The translations under genes and the position numbers were made by a program. Shown one piece after another: positions 50,578 to 61,900 of a stretch of 64,000 nucleotides of DNA (positions within the stretch are counted from its first letter, which is position 1; each line of letters opens with the position of its first letter). Below the pieces are notes generated by a model that did no database searches, was not told the origin of the DNA, and saw nothing but the letters and a program-made list of their open reading frames with translations. The stretch comes from Candidatus Kerfeldbacteria bacterium (lineage in GTDB: Bacteria; Patescibacteriota; Patescibacteriia; UBA10025; JAHIVO01). The stretch is taken from assembly GCA_016214565.1 (NCBI GenBank), contig JACROE010000002.1:472007-536006 (forward strand), written 5' to 3'.

Positions 50578-53364
50578 ATGGCACGCCATGCATCACACCA
50601 GACTAGTCTCATTATCGACGCCAATGCCTTGCTGCATCGGAGTTTTCACGCGCTCCCGCCGACCCTCACCACCGCGGATGGCCAGATGGTGAACGCCGTC
50701 TACGGGTTCACCACCGTTCTCTTGAAAGTGCTGAAAGAGTTCAAACCCACCCATATCGCAGTGGCATTTGATAAGGCGAAAAAAACGTTCCGCCATGAGC
50801 AATTTACCGAGTACAAGGCTGGCCGTGCGGAAACGCCCGACGAATTTTATTCCCAGATCCCGATTGTCAAAGAGATGTTGGCGGTTTTTGGCATTCCGGT
50901 TTTCGAATTGGATGGCTATGAGGCAGACGATGTGATTGGCACGATTGTCACCCTGAATACGAAGGAGGGCATCCGCAATATCATTGTGACCGGAGATAAG
51001 GACGCCTTCCAGCTGATTGATGACAACACCTCGGTGTACACCATGCGCAAAGGCATGTCTGATACGGTGCTGTTTGATACTGACGCATTTAAGGAGAAGT
51101 ACGGGCTGGCGCCTAAACAGATGATTGATTTTAAGGCGATTGCCGGTGATCCATCAGATAATATTCCGGGAGTACGTGGTATTGGTGAAAAAGGAGCCAC
51201 GGAATTACTGAAAGCATTTCCTACGCTGGAGGCAATCTATGAGGCGGTGAAGCAGGGTGAGCAATCCGGGATTAAGCCCCGCTATCTTAAGTTGCTGACT
51301 GAGCACGAAAAGGATGCGCGCATGAGTAAAGAATTGGCTACTATTGTTTGTGACACGCCGATCAAGTATCAGAGTGATGCGGCAAAACTTAAAACATACG
51401 ACAAGCAAGCTGCCTACGCGTTATTCAAGCATTTGGAATTCAAAAGCCTGGTGACTCGATTACCTGAATTTGGCGAGACGCCCGCTGCGGTTGTTGCCCC
51501 TGCCCCACAAAAGAAACAGAAGGACGTTTCTGTTCAACCCACTGCGCCGGTTATCAAGCCGCATCGGGAAACACAGGCGCAGTACACGTTGATCAATACT
51601 GATGCGGACTTTGCGGATCTGCTGGCGCAATTAGAAAAGCAAAAATGCATTGCCGTGGACACCGAGTCAACCAGCGTTGATCCATTTCGTGCCACACTGC
51701 TTGGTATTAGTGTATGTTGGAAACCAGGAGTGGCATATTATCTGAACGTCAAAGACCACCCGCAATGGATAAAAAAATTGAAGACCGTGCTTGAAGACGA
51801 GAGCATCAAAAAAGTTGGCCATAACATAAAGTATGATTTGGCCATGCTCTGGCAGGTGGGTATCAATCTACAGCCGATCGTGTTTGATAGCATGGTTGCG
51901 TCGTATTTATTGAATCCCGGCTCGCGCGGACACAGCCTGGATGATTTGGCGTATAGCATTTTCGGATATGAAATGCAGCCCATTACCGATTTGATCGGTA
52001 AAGGCAAAGGAGCGATTACCATGGACCTGGTGCCGCTTGATCATGTGTCATGGTACGCCGCTGAAGATGCTGATTATACGTGGCAACTGTATGAACATTT
52101 CCAAACTGAGCTGAAGGAAAAAGAATTAGACGGATTGATGAAAGATATGGAGGTACCGCTGATACCGGTGTTGGCACGATTGGAGCAGAATGGTGTGCAG
52201 ATTGATGCTGACTTTTTAGAAAAATTATCCCGCGAAACTGGTAAAAAAATTGAGAAATTAGAACGGGGGATTTACGAGTTGGCTGGCGTAGAATTTAACA
52301 TCAATTCACCCGCCCAGCTGAAAGAAGTATTGTTTGAGCGATTGAAGATCAGCACTGAGGGCATTGGCAAGACAAAGACAGGTCTGTCCACGGCTGCCGC
52401 CGAGCTGGAGAAATTGCATGATCGGCATCCACTGATCCCGTTAATTCAGGAATATCGTGAGTTGGCCAAGCTCAAATCAACCTATTTAGATGCTTTGCCG
52501 CTTCTGGTAAATCCAAAAACAGGCCGAATTCACACCAGCTTCAATCAAACCGTGGCTGCGACGGGCCGGCTGTCATCCTCGGACCCGAATTTTCAAAATA
52601 TTCCCATTCGTACTGAAGAAGGCCGTCGTATCCGTGAGGCATTCATTGCCAGCCCGGGGTTTTCCATCGTGGCGGCTGATTATTCTCAGATAGAGCTGCG
52701 CATCGTCGCCTCGATCGCGGGTGACGAAAAAATGATTGCGTCATTCCGCAATGGCGAGGATATTCATAGCCGTACCGCCGCCGACGTGAACCAAATTCCC
52801 CTGGAACAGGTGACCAAGCAACAGCGCTATGAAGCAAAAGAAGTAAACTTCGGCATTCTCTATGGCATGGGCGCCTGGGGATTAGCCGCACGCCAAGGCA
52901 TGTCCCGCGAACGGGCTCGTGCTTTTATTGAAAAATATTTCATGGTGCATCCCGAAATTCAGGAGTATATGGCCACCACCATAGCCCTGGCGCATGAACA
53001 AGGATATGTCGAGACGTTATTTGGCCGCCGACGGTATTTACCTGATATCAATGCATCAATGCAACAGGTGCGAGCAGCGGCAGAGCGTATGGCTATCAAT
53101 ATGCCGATCCAGGGAACCGCCGCAGATTTATTGAAAGTCGCGATGATTCGTATTGACGCGGAATTGCCGCAGTTGAGCCCGAAAGCAAAAATGATTTTAC
53201 AGGTACACGATGAATTGGTTTTTGAGGTGCCCACGGCTGATGTGGAAAAGGTTGGAAAATTTATTGCGGAAAAAATGAACACTGCCTACACACTGAACGT
53301 ACCTATCGTCACCGAAGTCGAAGCCGGCCCGAATTGGGGGGCATTAACACCACTCGACGTATGA
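50578..53364 (+). CDS. polA: DNA polymerase I (5'-3' exonuclease plus 3'-5' exo-like plus polymerase domains)
   Basis: LIIDANALLHRSFHA (FEN), GDKDAFQL, DTESTSVDP (exo I), pol motifs A (DYSQIELR), B (RxxAKxxNFGxxYG) and C (QVHDEL). The start was trimmed to ATG 50578. Confidence 0.9.
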   Translation: MARHASHQTSLIIDANALLHRSFHALPPTLTTADGQMVNAVYGFTTVLLKVLKEFKPTHIAVAFDKAKKTFRHEQFTEYKAGRAETPDEFYSQIPIVKEMLAVFGIPVFELDGYEADDVIGTIVTLNTKEGIRNIIVTGDKDAFQLIDDNTSVYTMRKGMSDTVLFDTDAFKEKYGLAPKQMIDFKAIAGDPSDNIPGVRGIGEKGATELLKAFPTLEAIYEAVKQGEQSGIKPRYLKLLTEHEKDARMSKELATIVCDTPIKYQSDAAKLKTYDKQAAYALFKHLEFKSLVTRLPEFGETPAAVVAPAPQKKQKDVSVQPTAPVIKPHRETQAQYTLINTDADFADLLAQLEKQKCIAVDTESTSVDPFRATLLGISVCWKPGVAYYLNVKDHPQWIKKLKTVLEDESIKKVGHNIKYDLAMLWQVGINLQPIVFDSMVASYLLNPGSRGHSLDDLAYSIFGYEMQPITDLIGKGKGAITMDLVPLDHVSWYAAEDADYTWQLYEHFQTELKEKELDGLMKDMEVPLIPVLARLEQNGVQIDADFLEKLSRETGKKIEKLERGIYELAGVEFNINSPAQLKEVLFERLKISTEGIGKTKTGLSTAAAELEKLHDRHPLIPLIQEYRELAKLKSTYLDALPLLVNPKTGRIHTSFNQTVAATGRLSSSDPNFQNIPIRTEEGRRIREAFIASPGFSIVAADYSQIELRIVASIAGDEKMIASFRNGEDIHSRTAADVNQIPLEQVTKQQRYEAKEVNFGILYGMGAWGLAARQGMSRERARAFIEKYFMVHPEIQEYMATTIALAHEQGYVETLFGRRRYLPDINASMQQVRAAAERMAINMPIQGTAADLLKVAMIRIDAELPQLSPKAKMILQVHDELVFEVPTADVEKVGKFIAEKMNTAYTLNVPIVTEVEAGPNWGALTPLDV

Positions 53365-54344
53365 TATTCCTCCTGCATGGACCGGACACCTATCGATTGC
53401 GCCAGCGACTCTCTTTTTATCGTGAGGGGTTTAAGAAAAAATATGATCCAGCTGGCTATCATGTCACGTCGCTCTTAGGCGAATCATTAACCCTGGAAAA
53501 ATTCCGCGAGGCAGTTGGCCAGGGGGGCTTGTTGGCAGCCAAGCGATTTATCGTGATCGAACAGTTGCTCTCAATCAAGAAAACCACGGTGGTTGAGGCC
53601 ATTGCGAGCTATTTGTCTGAGTCAAAACATGACGACAACGTACTGATTTTTGTGGAAGAAGAGACTGCCGACGCGCCGCGCCCTAAAGGCCGTACGAAAG
53701 CTAATCCGTTGCGCGCTTTTCTGGATGAACATGCCACGGCAGAATCATTTTCGTTGTTAACGGGCACCCAGCTGATCAGTTGGATACAACAGGAAGTAAA
53801 GCGTCGCGGGGGTAGTATAGCCCCTGCCGCCGCTGCGGATCTCGCTACTCGATTGGGGGGCGATTTATGGGCCGTCTCGGCGGAAATTGAGAAACTGATT
53901 AATTTTACAGCGGGTAAATCAATTACCGAAACGCACGTGGCGGAAATGGTGCACAGCGGTTTTGATGAAAATATTTTCCACTTGACCGATGCTTTAGCTG
54001 CGCGTGACGGTAAGCTGGCAACTCGATTATTGCACGATCAGTTTGCGGCCGGCGCCGCACCTTTGTATCTCCTGACGATGCTGATTCGCCAGATGCGCAT
54101 TTTACTCCAGGTTCATTCGCTGGCCCAAAGCGAGCCGCATCCAGCCACCATCGCTCATCGTTTGGGTATTCATCCGTTTGTCGCCCAAAAGGCAGTCCGG
54201 GATGTGCGGAAGTTCCAGATGGAGGAGTTAGTGGATGTGTACCGTCAGTTGCTCGATACGGATATTGCGCTCAAAACCACCTCGCGTGATCCGCGGGTGC
54301 TCTTGGACATGGTGATTGCGCGTCTGTGTAGCGTGAAAAACTAG
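53361..54344 (+). CDS. holA: DNA polymerase III delta subunit
   Basis: MIFLLHGPDTY start overlapping the polA stop (ATGA). Clamp-loader delta N-domain, and C-terminal helical domain with LLxxL patterns. Confidence 0.65.
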   Translation: MIFLLHGPDTYRLRQRLSFYREGFKKKYDPAGYHVTSLLGESLTLEKFREAVGQGGLLAAKRFIVIEQLLSIKKTTVVEAIASYLSESKHDDNVLIFVEEETADAPRPKGRTKANPLRAFLDEHATAESFSLLTGTQLISWIQQEVKRRGGSIAPAAAADLATRLGGDLWAVSAEIEKLINFTAGKSITETHVAEMVHSGFDENIFHLTDALAARDGKLATRLLHDQFAAGAAPLYLLTMLIRQMRILLQVHSLAQSEPHPATIAHRLGIHPFVAQKAVRDVRKFQMEELVDVYRQLLDTDIALKTTSRDPRVLLDMVIARLCSVKN

Positions 54345-54601
54345 ATTTTGTTCAGCGCCGTCATCAAGCGGGATTTGTATCGGCTGGCGGTGTTTTTTGG
54401 CACCACCTTATTCTGAGCGGCCTTATCCAATACTTTGACGGCGGCCTTCACCAGTTCGGCGGCTTTTGCCTTGTCCTTGGCCGTGATGGCAGCGCGCGCA
54501 TCTTTCATGGCAGAACGCAGTCGTCCTTTGACCGATTTATTCTGAGCCGTCCGTTTCTTAGTTTGGCGAAGATGCTTGAAAGCAGCGTGTTTAATAGGCA
54601 T
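54341..54601 (-). CDS. rpsT: 30S ribosomal protein S20
   Basis: 86 aa, all-alpha, Lys/Ala-rich (KHAAFKHLRQTKKRTAQNK...KAAVKVLDKAAQN). Confidence 0.85.
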   Translation of the reverse strand: MPIKHAAFKHLRQTKKRTAQNKSVKGRLRSAMKDARAAITAKDKAKAAELVKAAVKVLDKAAQNKVVPKNTASRYKSRLMTALNKI

Positions 54602-54678
54602 ACGAGTGAGAGAAAAATAGTTACTGAATAATAAGTAGGCTTGAGTGTAGCAAAGCTTTTTCAGTATGGCAAGCGTGG

Positions 54679-55611
54679 TTAGATGGCGATATCAAGTACG
54701 GGGTATTTTTTCCAATGTGGGTCAGAAAAATGCCACCATTCCGTGGGCAACGCTTCAAAACCAGCTCGGATCATGGCTTTTTCTAGAATCAGTGCATGCC
54801 GCTCCCTGGGGGTGGGATGCGCGGGGTGTTGGCGATGTGCGCGATCCGAAAATTCGTCATAGTGCGTCGGCATGGGGAGTTCTCGCCCGTTTCTGTCCAC
54901 CAGCGTACAATCCACGCCGGTACCGCGCGTATGCACCGGTCCTTTTTTAGGATTTCCGACGTACCGCTCATCCGGAAGATGGCGCCATAATATTTTTTGT
55001 GCTGAGAGTGGCCGGTAGCAATCCCAGATTTTGAGACCATAACCTTGGCGTTGCAGTATTGCTTGCGCTTTTTTGACCATGGTGGCGACGTGGGATCGCC
55101 CCAGGATGATCCGGTTTTGGTACAGTTGCTTGCCAGTAAAATTGCGGGCGGTCGCATAGCGTGGTTCTATCTTGATACTTGGATTGAGGCGGTGCAGTGC
55201 CACTAAACCAGCGGCATGCAGGCCACCGGTGCGGAATCCGCCAGCCGAAAATCTACGAGCACGGGTTATCCGTGGGTGGAGTCCTCGTGTTGCCAATTTT
55301 TTCTTTAGATCATCTGTAAATGCAAATTGATCATACCCGAGGCAGATGATATCAGGCCGCTCGGATTCGATAACCGACAATTTATCACCACTCCCGCCGG
55401 GTATGATCCGGTCGGCCAGGCGGAGGGCGCGCATGTTTTTCACACGTTCCGCTTGGGTGAAGTAGGGGGCATAGCCTTTGACCCGGCGAACGGTTACATC
55501 ACGAGCAATCACTACAGTTAAAAAATCCCCCTTCAGTCGTGCGTCGTGGAGTAGTCTTCGATGACCTGAATGGATCAAGTCGAATGTACCGGTGACTAAT
55601 ACTTTTTTCAT
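54679..55611 (-). CDS. Fusion protein: N-terminal cytidylyltransferase-like (HxGH) nucleotidyltransferase domain plus C-terminal VanX-type D-Ala-D-Ala dipeptidase (peptidase M15D)
   Basis: N-terminus: VLVTGTFDLIHSGHRRLL. C-terminus: HTRGTGVDCTLVD (SxHxxGxAxD-type zinc site) and EWWHFSD (VanX EWWH motif). Confidence 0.55.
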   Translation of the reverse strand: MKKVLVTGTFDLIHSGHRRLLHDARLKGDFLTVVIARDVTVRRVKGYAPYFTQAERVKNMRALRLADRIIPGGSGDKLSVIESERPDIICLGYDQFAFTDDLKKKLATRGLHPRITRARRFSAGGFRTGGLHAAGLVALHRLNPSIKIEPRYATARNFTGKQLYQNRIILGRSHVATMVKKAQAILQRQGYGLKIWDCYRPLSAQKILWRHLPDERYVGNPKKGPVHTRGTGVDCTLVDRNGRELPMPTHYDEFSDRAHRQHPAHPTPRERHALILEKAMIRAGFEALPTEWWHFSDPHWKKYPVLDIAI

Positions 55612-55787
55612 AGTGCAGTCAGTATAGCAGACCCTAACACCTTGTCATTTAATCGGGTGGGGTACCACTAGCCTGTAGGCGAGTTGCGATTGCCGTGTCA
55701 GTCGCTCATGCTCCATCCTCGCGTAAAGCGACGTGGGCACCACGCGGCTTTACGTCGCAATGACAATGCTTGGGCGGGGGGAGCAAT

Positions 55788-55816
55788 TTGACAAAAGGTA
55801 TAAAATGAGTTATAAT
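55788..55816 (+). promoter_or_regulatory. Consensus sigma70-type promoter (TTGACA-17 nt-TATAAT) upstream of the giant gene
   Basis: ttgaca at 55788-55793, exact 17-nt spacer, tataat at 55811-55816. Confidence 0.5.
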
Positions 55817-55943
55817 AGCATTGTACTTAAGGAAATTAATAGAGGGAAAACCTCAAATTTCCTTAGGATTTTTGTTGTTTTTGGAAAGCCCGATGTGTCG
55901 TAAAAAGCATCGGGGGGAAGAAAAAACCAAAATAAAAATTATC

Positions 55944-58900
55944 ATGTTTTTCTTGTTTAAGAACATATCGTTTTGGCTAATACGACCCCTCAAGCTGCTG
56001 GGTGGTAAATTTTTGGCGTCCCAAGAAATACATCAAACGCGCATCACCATAAATTTTGTAGAAGAGCAGATTCGGCAAACGTATTTTCAAATTCACCGCC
56101 TTGGTATTATTCGGGTGGTTGGATCGGTGATTGGCATAATAATTTTACAAGCAATTCCCGTCACAAGCTTGATGGCGATTGAAGCGGCGAGTAATACCAA
56201 TGCAGTGATCGAGACGTCAATGCTCTCTGCAGAAGTGTTCCACCTGGCGCAATCAGATTTTGCAGCAGGCGAAGACGTGCCATTTTCGATTGAGGTAGCG
56301 CAAAAACCGATTCTACCAATTTTTAATTTTGGGAAAGTTGAACGTGTCATTGATGGTATGACATTAATGACGCCAAGCGATGATATTGAGCTAACATTAG
56401 CCGCAAATTCAACCCAGGCGAACGGGAGGAGCGCCTATGAGCAGTACACCATACCGCACGAGTATGCTACGGCACCGGGGAAATATCAGTTGCTCGTCAC
56501 CACAACCGAGGACGGGGAACAAGTAACTACTGAACGAGATTTTTATTGGGGCGTCTTGGTGTTGAATACAGATCAAGACACCTATCGTCCGGGCGATACC
56601 GCAGTATTTCAGATGGGCGCAGTGGATGACGTCGGGGTGACGGTTTGTGATGCGGATATGCGGCTGGTAGTGACTGCACCCGATGGACAAGAAACGACTC
56701 TCACTTCAGCGGCGGGTACGATCGAACGATCCGCAGAATGCGGACCGACGACTGTCACTCACGCTCCTGACTACCGTGCGGTAGCCCCGCTGACCCTCAC
56801 GGGCACCTATCAGATGGCACTCACCGCCGAGTATGACGGGGTTACCCATACGTGGGATGGCACGGTGGATGTCACTGAAACAGCGCCCTTCACCATCCGG
56901 CGTGTCGGTCCATCGCGTATTTGGCCGCAGGCTGCCTATCATATGACCCTGACAGTTACCCCGGAGGCGGATTATCAGGGTATGATTCGAGAGCAGGTAC
57001 CCGGCGACTTCATTATTACCGAGGTAGGTGAGGATGGGGCGTATTTAGAAGATGAAGTCACCACATCGGTTGAGTGGCAGGCAGACTGGCGGGCGGGTGA
57101 GACATATCATCTGAGCTATACCTTTGACGCGCCTGATATCAGCCCGGCGTTATTTACTCTGGGGCCGCTGGCGATCGGTAATTATCAGGAGACGCGCGTT
57201 TGGCAGATCGCGTCTGATGCGCTGGCTGGTACGGGCATATTAGTCTATGGCGAAGATGGCGCGAACAGCCCCAGTCCTCGCTATCGGACCTGGTCTGGTA
57301 CGGATTTGGGTAATGAGGCCAGCGCCCAGGCGGACGAAACCGTGACGGTTGATGTGAACCACAGTATCATCGAGTGCGGCACGACGCGCAATGAGTGTAT
57401 TCGCGGGGACCTAAATGATGCCGGGCACCTTGATGTTCAGGTATGGAACGGAAATACATCTGCCTGGGGCAATGGTGGCAGTGCGCCAACCAACGGTGAT
57501 TTTACTACGGGCATCGGAACGACGAATGACGTGTACCGCGCCTTTGATATCGCTTATGAAGATACATCTGGTGATGGCATGGTGGTGTATGAGTCCTCGA
57601 GCACTGCCAATGGCACAATTATGTACCGCACTTGGGACGGCACCAACTGGTCAGCTGAACAAACGCTTACGTATTCTGGCGTTAGTGGGTATGTCGCGGG
57701 GGTGGCTTTTTGGGTAGAGCTTGAAGCGGATTACGGATCAAATAATATTTTATTGGCGTTTAAGGATGGTACGAATAATGATGTGTACGCCATGCGCTGG
57801 GATGGAACTGCCTGGGTGAATAGTGGGAGCGATTTGTATACCCTCATAACCGCTGCTGGGTCGATTACCACCAAGCAAGATTTTGATATTGCTTGGGAGG
57901 GCACATCAGGTAAGGGGAAGATTGTGTATGCGACTGGTACGACAACGGGCGCTTCGACATACACTGCTGGCTCGGGTTGGGCAGCGGATTCAAGTCCTTT
58001 CAATCCAGCACTTGCCGTGCAGTGGATTCGTATCGCGGGCAGCCCGAATAACAACTACATCGCCTCAATGTACAATGCAGTGGTGAGCACCACTTCTGCT
58101 GACATGTATGTTGATATGTGGAACGGGACAGATTGGACATCCGTGACTACACCTGCGGGCGATACAGACATTAACAATAATGGGTATGCTCAACCGATGG
58201 ATGTTGCTTGGGAATACGGGTCGAGTTCGGATCGAGCGCTCTTTGTCTGGCGTGATGGTACGACCAGCGAACTTTACGTTCGGTACATGGTGTTTGACAT
58301 TGCTGGGCATGCACTCGGAAGCAATGTATTTATTGCACCTGATGATGATGGCGCCGGCACGGCAACATGCAATCTTACTGGTACGGCCAGTGATGATAAT
58401 GTGGCTACGGGTGGATTGTCGGCTGCAGAAAATTCTAACGGCCCCTGTTCAGCCGACGTAGGGATGTCATGGGAAAATGAAGTCTCTGGTATTGATTTGA
58501 ATGCAGATCCCAGCTCGCGAAAAATCATTTTACTTGGCGAAGATTTGACGCTCGATCTCAAACCTGAAGTGCAGCTGTGGAATGGCACTGATGCGGGAAC
58601 CTGGCTTACTCAAACAGCTAACATGAGTTATGAACTTGACCTGTCTACTGGTGCTACGTTGTCGACTTCATTACCGACCAAAGCGTATGATTTTGCCTTT
58701 CGTCGAGATGACACTGTCATAATCTCAGGCACGGCTTATACCAGTCATACCGAGGGTGCCACGCTCAATAGTAGCGGAGGCGCAATTAAACTAGTGAATT
58801 CCGCAACCGGCGCTACAAATTCTGATACCGACGGCACGGATGGGTCGGGTGTCTGGTCTATCCCTAATGTCCCCACCCCTACCAATGGGAATGATTTGAT

Positions 58901-61900
58901 TATTTATATTGACGGCGCGGCTACCGACGGCACGCTAGTACTCCAATACGGCGCATCATGTACTGGCACCCCGAGCTGTACGGGGTTAAAGTTATATCAA
59001 GACGCTGTAGTTGTTCGTAATGAGCACACGGGTTTGGTGACCAATCAAGATTTATCTGGTTGCGATAACGATTCCGGTACGAATTGTGCCGATACGGAAA
59101 TCGGATATACGTCCAATCTGAGCGGTACGTATAATCTGACGACATCAAGCGGTCGGGAATTACATATTTGGACTGGCGATGCGCTGGATCCGGGCGGCAC
59201 TATCACGACTGATGCCACGGGCGGTGACGTGCATGTAGATGACAGCGCCACGCTTGATTTCGATACCGCCACCAGTACGGTCGGAGCCAATTTAGTCATT
59301 GACGCCAGTGCGACTGCTAACGTCATAGCAAGTACAACCGTGACGGGCGCGGCAGCAGGCGGTGTGACCGTGGCTGGTACGCTCAATCAGACATCAGGTA
59401 CGCCCACCTTTACCATAGGTAATGGCACTGATGAAGACTTAACCACGAATACAGGTGCGAGCGTCACACTGTCGAGCGGCACGACGGTCATCAAAGATGA
59501 TTTAGTAATGAATGCGGGAACCGTGGCAGTGAGCGATACCATGGATCATAACGACAATACAACGGGCAATATTATTGATTTGAATGGTGGCGCTTTAACG
59601 ATCAGCGGCGGGACATACACGCTTGGAGGAGATTTAGAACAAGATGGCGGAACGGCAACCATTTCAACTACGTTTACGCTCGGTGGTGATCTCGATGTAA
59701 ATACCGGAACGCTCGATATTGACCCGAGTGCAAATGTAGATTTTGCCGGTGTGTTTTGTACCCAAGTGGGGGCAATTGTTAATCTGGACGGTGGGACGAC
59801 TGATGGGACAACCGCCAGCTCATCACATTTTCGATTTAATGGTGGCACGATTAACTTAACTGGTGGGACTCATCAAACAGCGTCAGATGCTATTGTTGAA
59901 TTCGCTCGAAATTCAGGGGGCGTAGATTGCAATTCTGATGGTACGCTCGGTAACACGACTTTCAATATGTCGGGCGGGGTAATGAAATCACGCGCGTATT
60001 TGGTGTACGGGTCTTATACATTGACAACGACCACCGTATCAGGAGGTACGCTGCAGCTGGGATATGGAGGCACTCAGGCATCAAATATTTTGTACAATGC
60101 GAATTCCGGTTCGTTCCAGTTTTATGATGTGACCGTTGTCGCCAGTAGTTCTATTAGCAGTTCGCAGACTTATGCATTTCCTATTAAAAATAAGTTTACT
60201 ATAAATAGCGCTCAGGATTTTAATTTGAATGGTGAAGACCTGACCGTTGACGGCGGCTGGGTGAACAACGGCACCATGACTACGCCATCGGCTGGCACGG
60301 TTACCCTGCGTGGCGGGCAGTTTACCGGAAGTGCGGACAGTAAATTTTATAATCTGACCATTGATCCATCTTCACCGGCGACCGTTACTATTGATACCGA
60401 TGTTGGCGCGGATGATCCGACGGTATACGCTGCATTGACGGTAGCGGCTAGTGATGAGCTCGCCATCGAAGTGAATAGGACTTTATTAGTCGATAGAACT
60501 TCAGGCTCAGTGTCTCTCTCCGGAACCATCAGCGGGGCGGGGCGGCTCACTTATCAGCCGGCCGCGGCCTTCCCAACTGGCGGCACGATTACTTCGATTC
60601 TGCGATTTGATTCAGAATACAACAGTCAAATTATGGGAGCTCGTACGTATGGAGGCAACGTCGAATCATATAATAATAGTGTCTCTACGAGAACGTTGAC
60701 CATGGGAACCGCAGGCGGGCAAACGATCAATGTGACTGGGGCGTTTACTGTGTTTGATAATTTTGGGGGCATGACGGTTACCGCGGCTACGCACGACCCG
60801 ACGGTGAACATAACCGGAACTTTTGGTCCTTGCACTATGGTAGATGGTAACCCTGGATTTATTGCTGATGCGGGTACCTGGACAGCAAGCGGTGATGTAA
60901 ATATGACACTGTGCTGGGGCTCATCCTTTACTGGTTCTCATACACTACTCATGGATGGTTCCTCAAAAACGTTAACGTCAAGCCTCACCTCATGGCAAAA
61001 CTTCACTGCGACCGGGACGATTACGTTGGCAAATGCCAATCATACGATAAAAGGTAATGTTGTTTTGACTGGCAGCACTATTACCGCTGGCACTTCGACT
61101 ATTAATATGACCGGTACCGCTCACGCGATTACTGGAGCCGGGCAGACACTGAATAATTTGACGATCAATCCTTCGTCGGCGGGTACAATCACCGCTCAAA
61201 CGTCAGACTTCACCGTGGGAGGGACATTAAATGTAGCAGTTGGCGACCAGTTCACTATCAATTCCGGCATTACGGTCACCCATACTGGCGCGACATTGAC
61301 GCTGTCTGGGACCATGAACGGGCCTGGACGCTTAACGTACAGAAGTGCTACGGCATTCCCCACGACCGGTACATTAGCTTCCAGTCTTATTCTCAAAATG
61401 GATAGTACGAGCACCAACCAAAGTATGGGGCAGCGGACTGATTACCAGAAAGTTGAAATTGATAATAGCGGCACGACTGCTGGACGGACGGTAACCGTCG
61501 GGACGGCTGGTTCTCAAACTATTACCATCAACTCAACGCTCGATCTGATGAACACCGGGGCAGATCCAAGTACTACTGTCTTCCAGGTAAATACGTGGGA
61601 CCCGGCGTTCACCGTGACGGGCAGCGTAACGATTGCTGCTAATACCACGTTTGAGGCGAGCTCGGCGACAACGACGAATTTTGGTGATGATTTTTCCAAT
61701 TCAGGAACTTTCACTCATAATTCCGGAGCGATTGCATTAACGACGACTACTGCAGCAACAATAGCTGGCAACACAACATTTAATAACTTCTCAGTTACGA
61801 GCATCGGCGCAGCCAAAACAATCAATTTTACGAATGGCTCTACAACAACAGTTTCTGGAACATGGACCGTAACTGGCGCTGTGGGTCAGCTCGTGACGTT

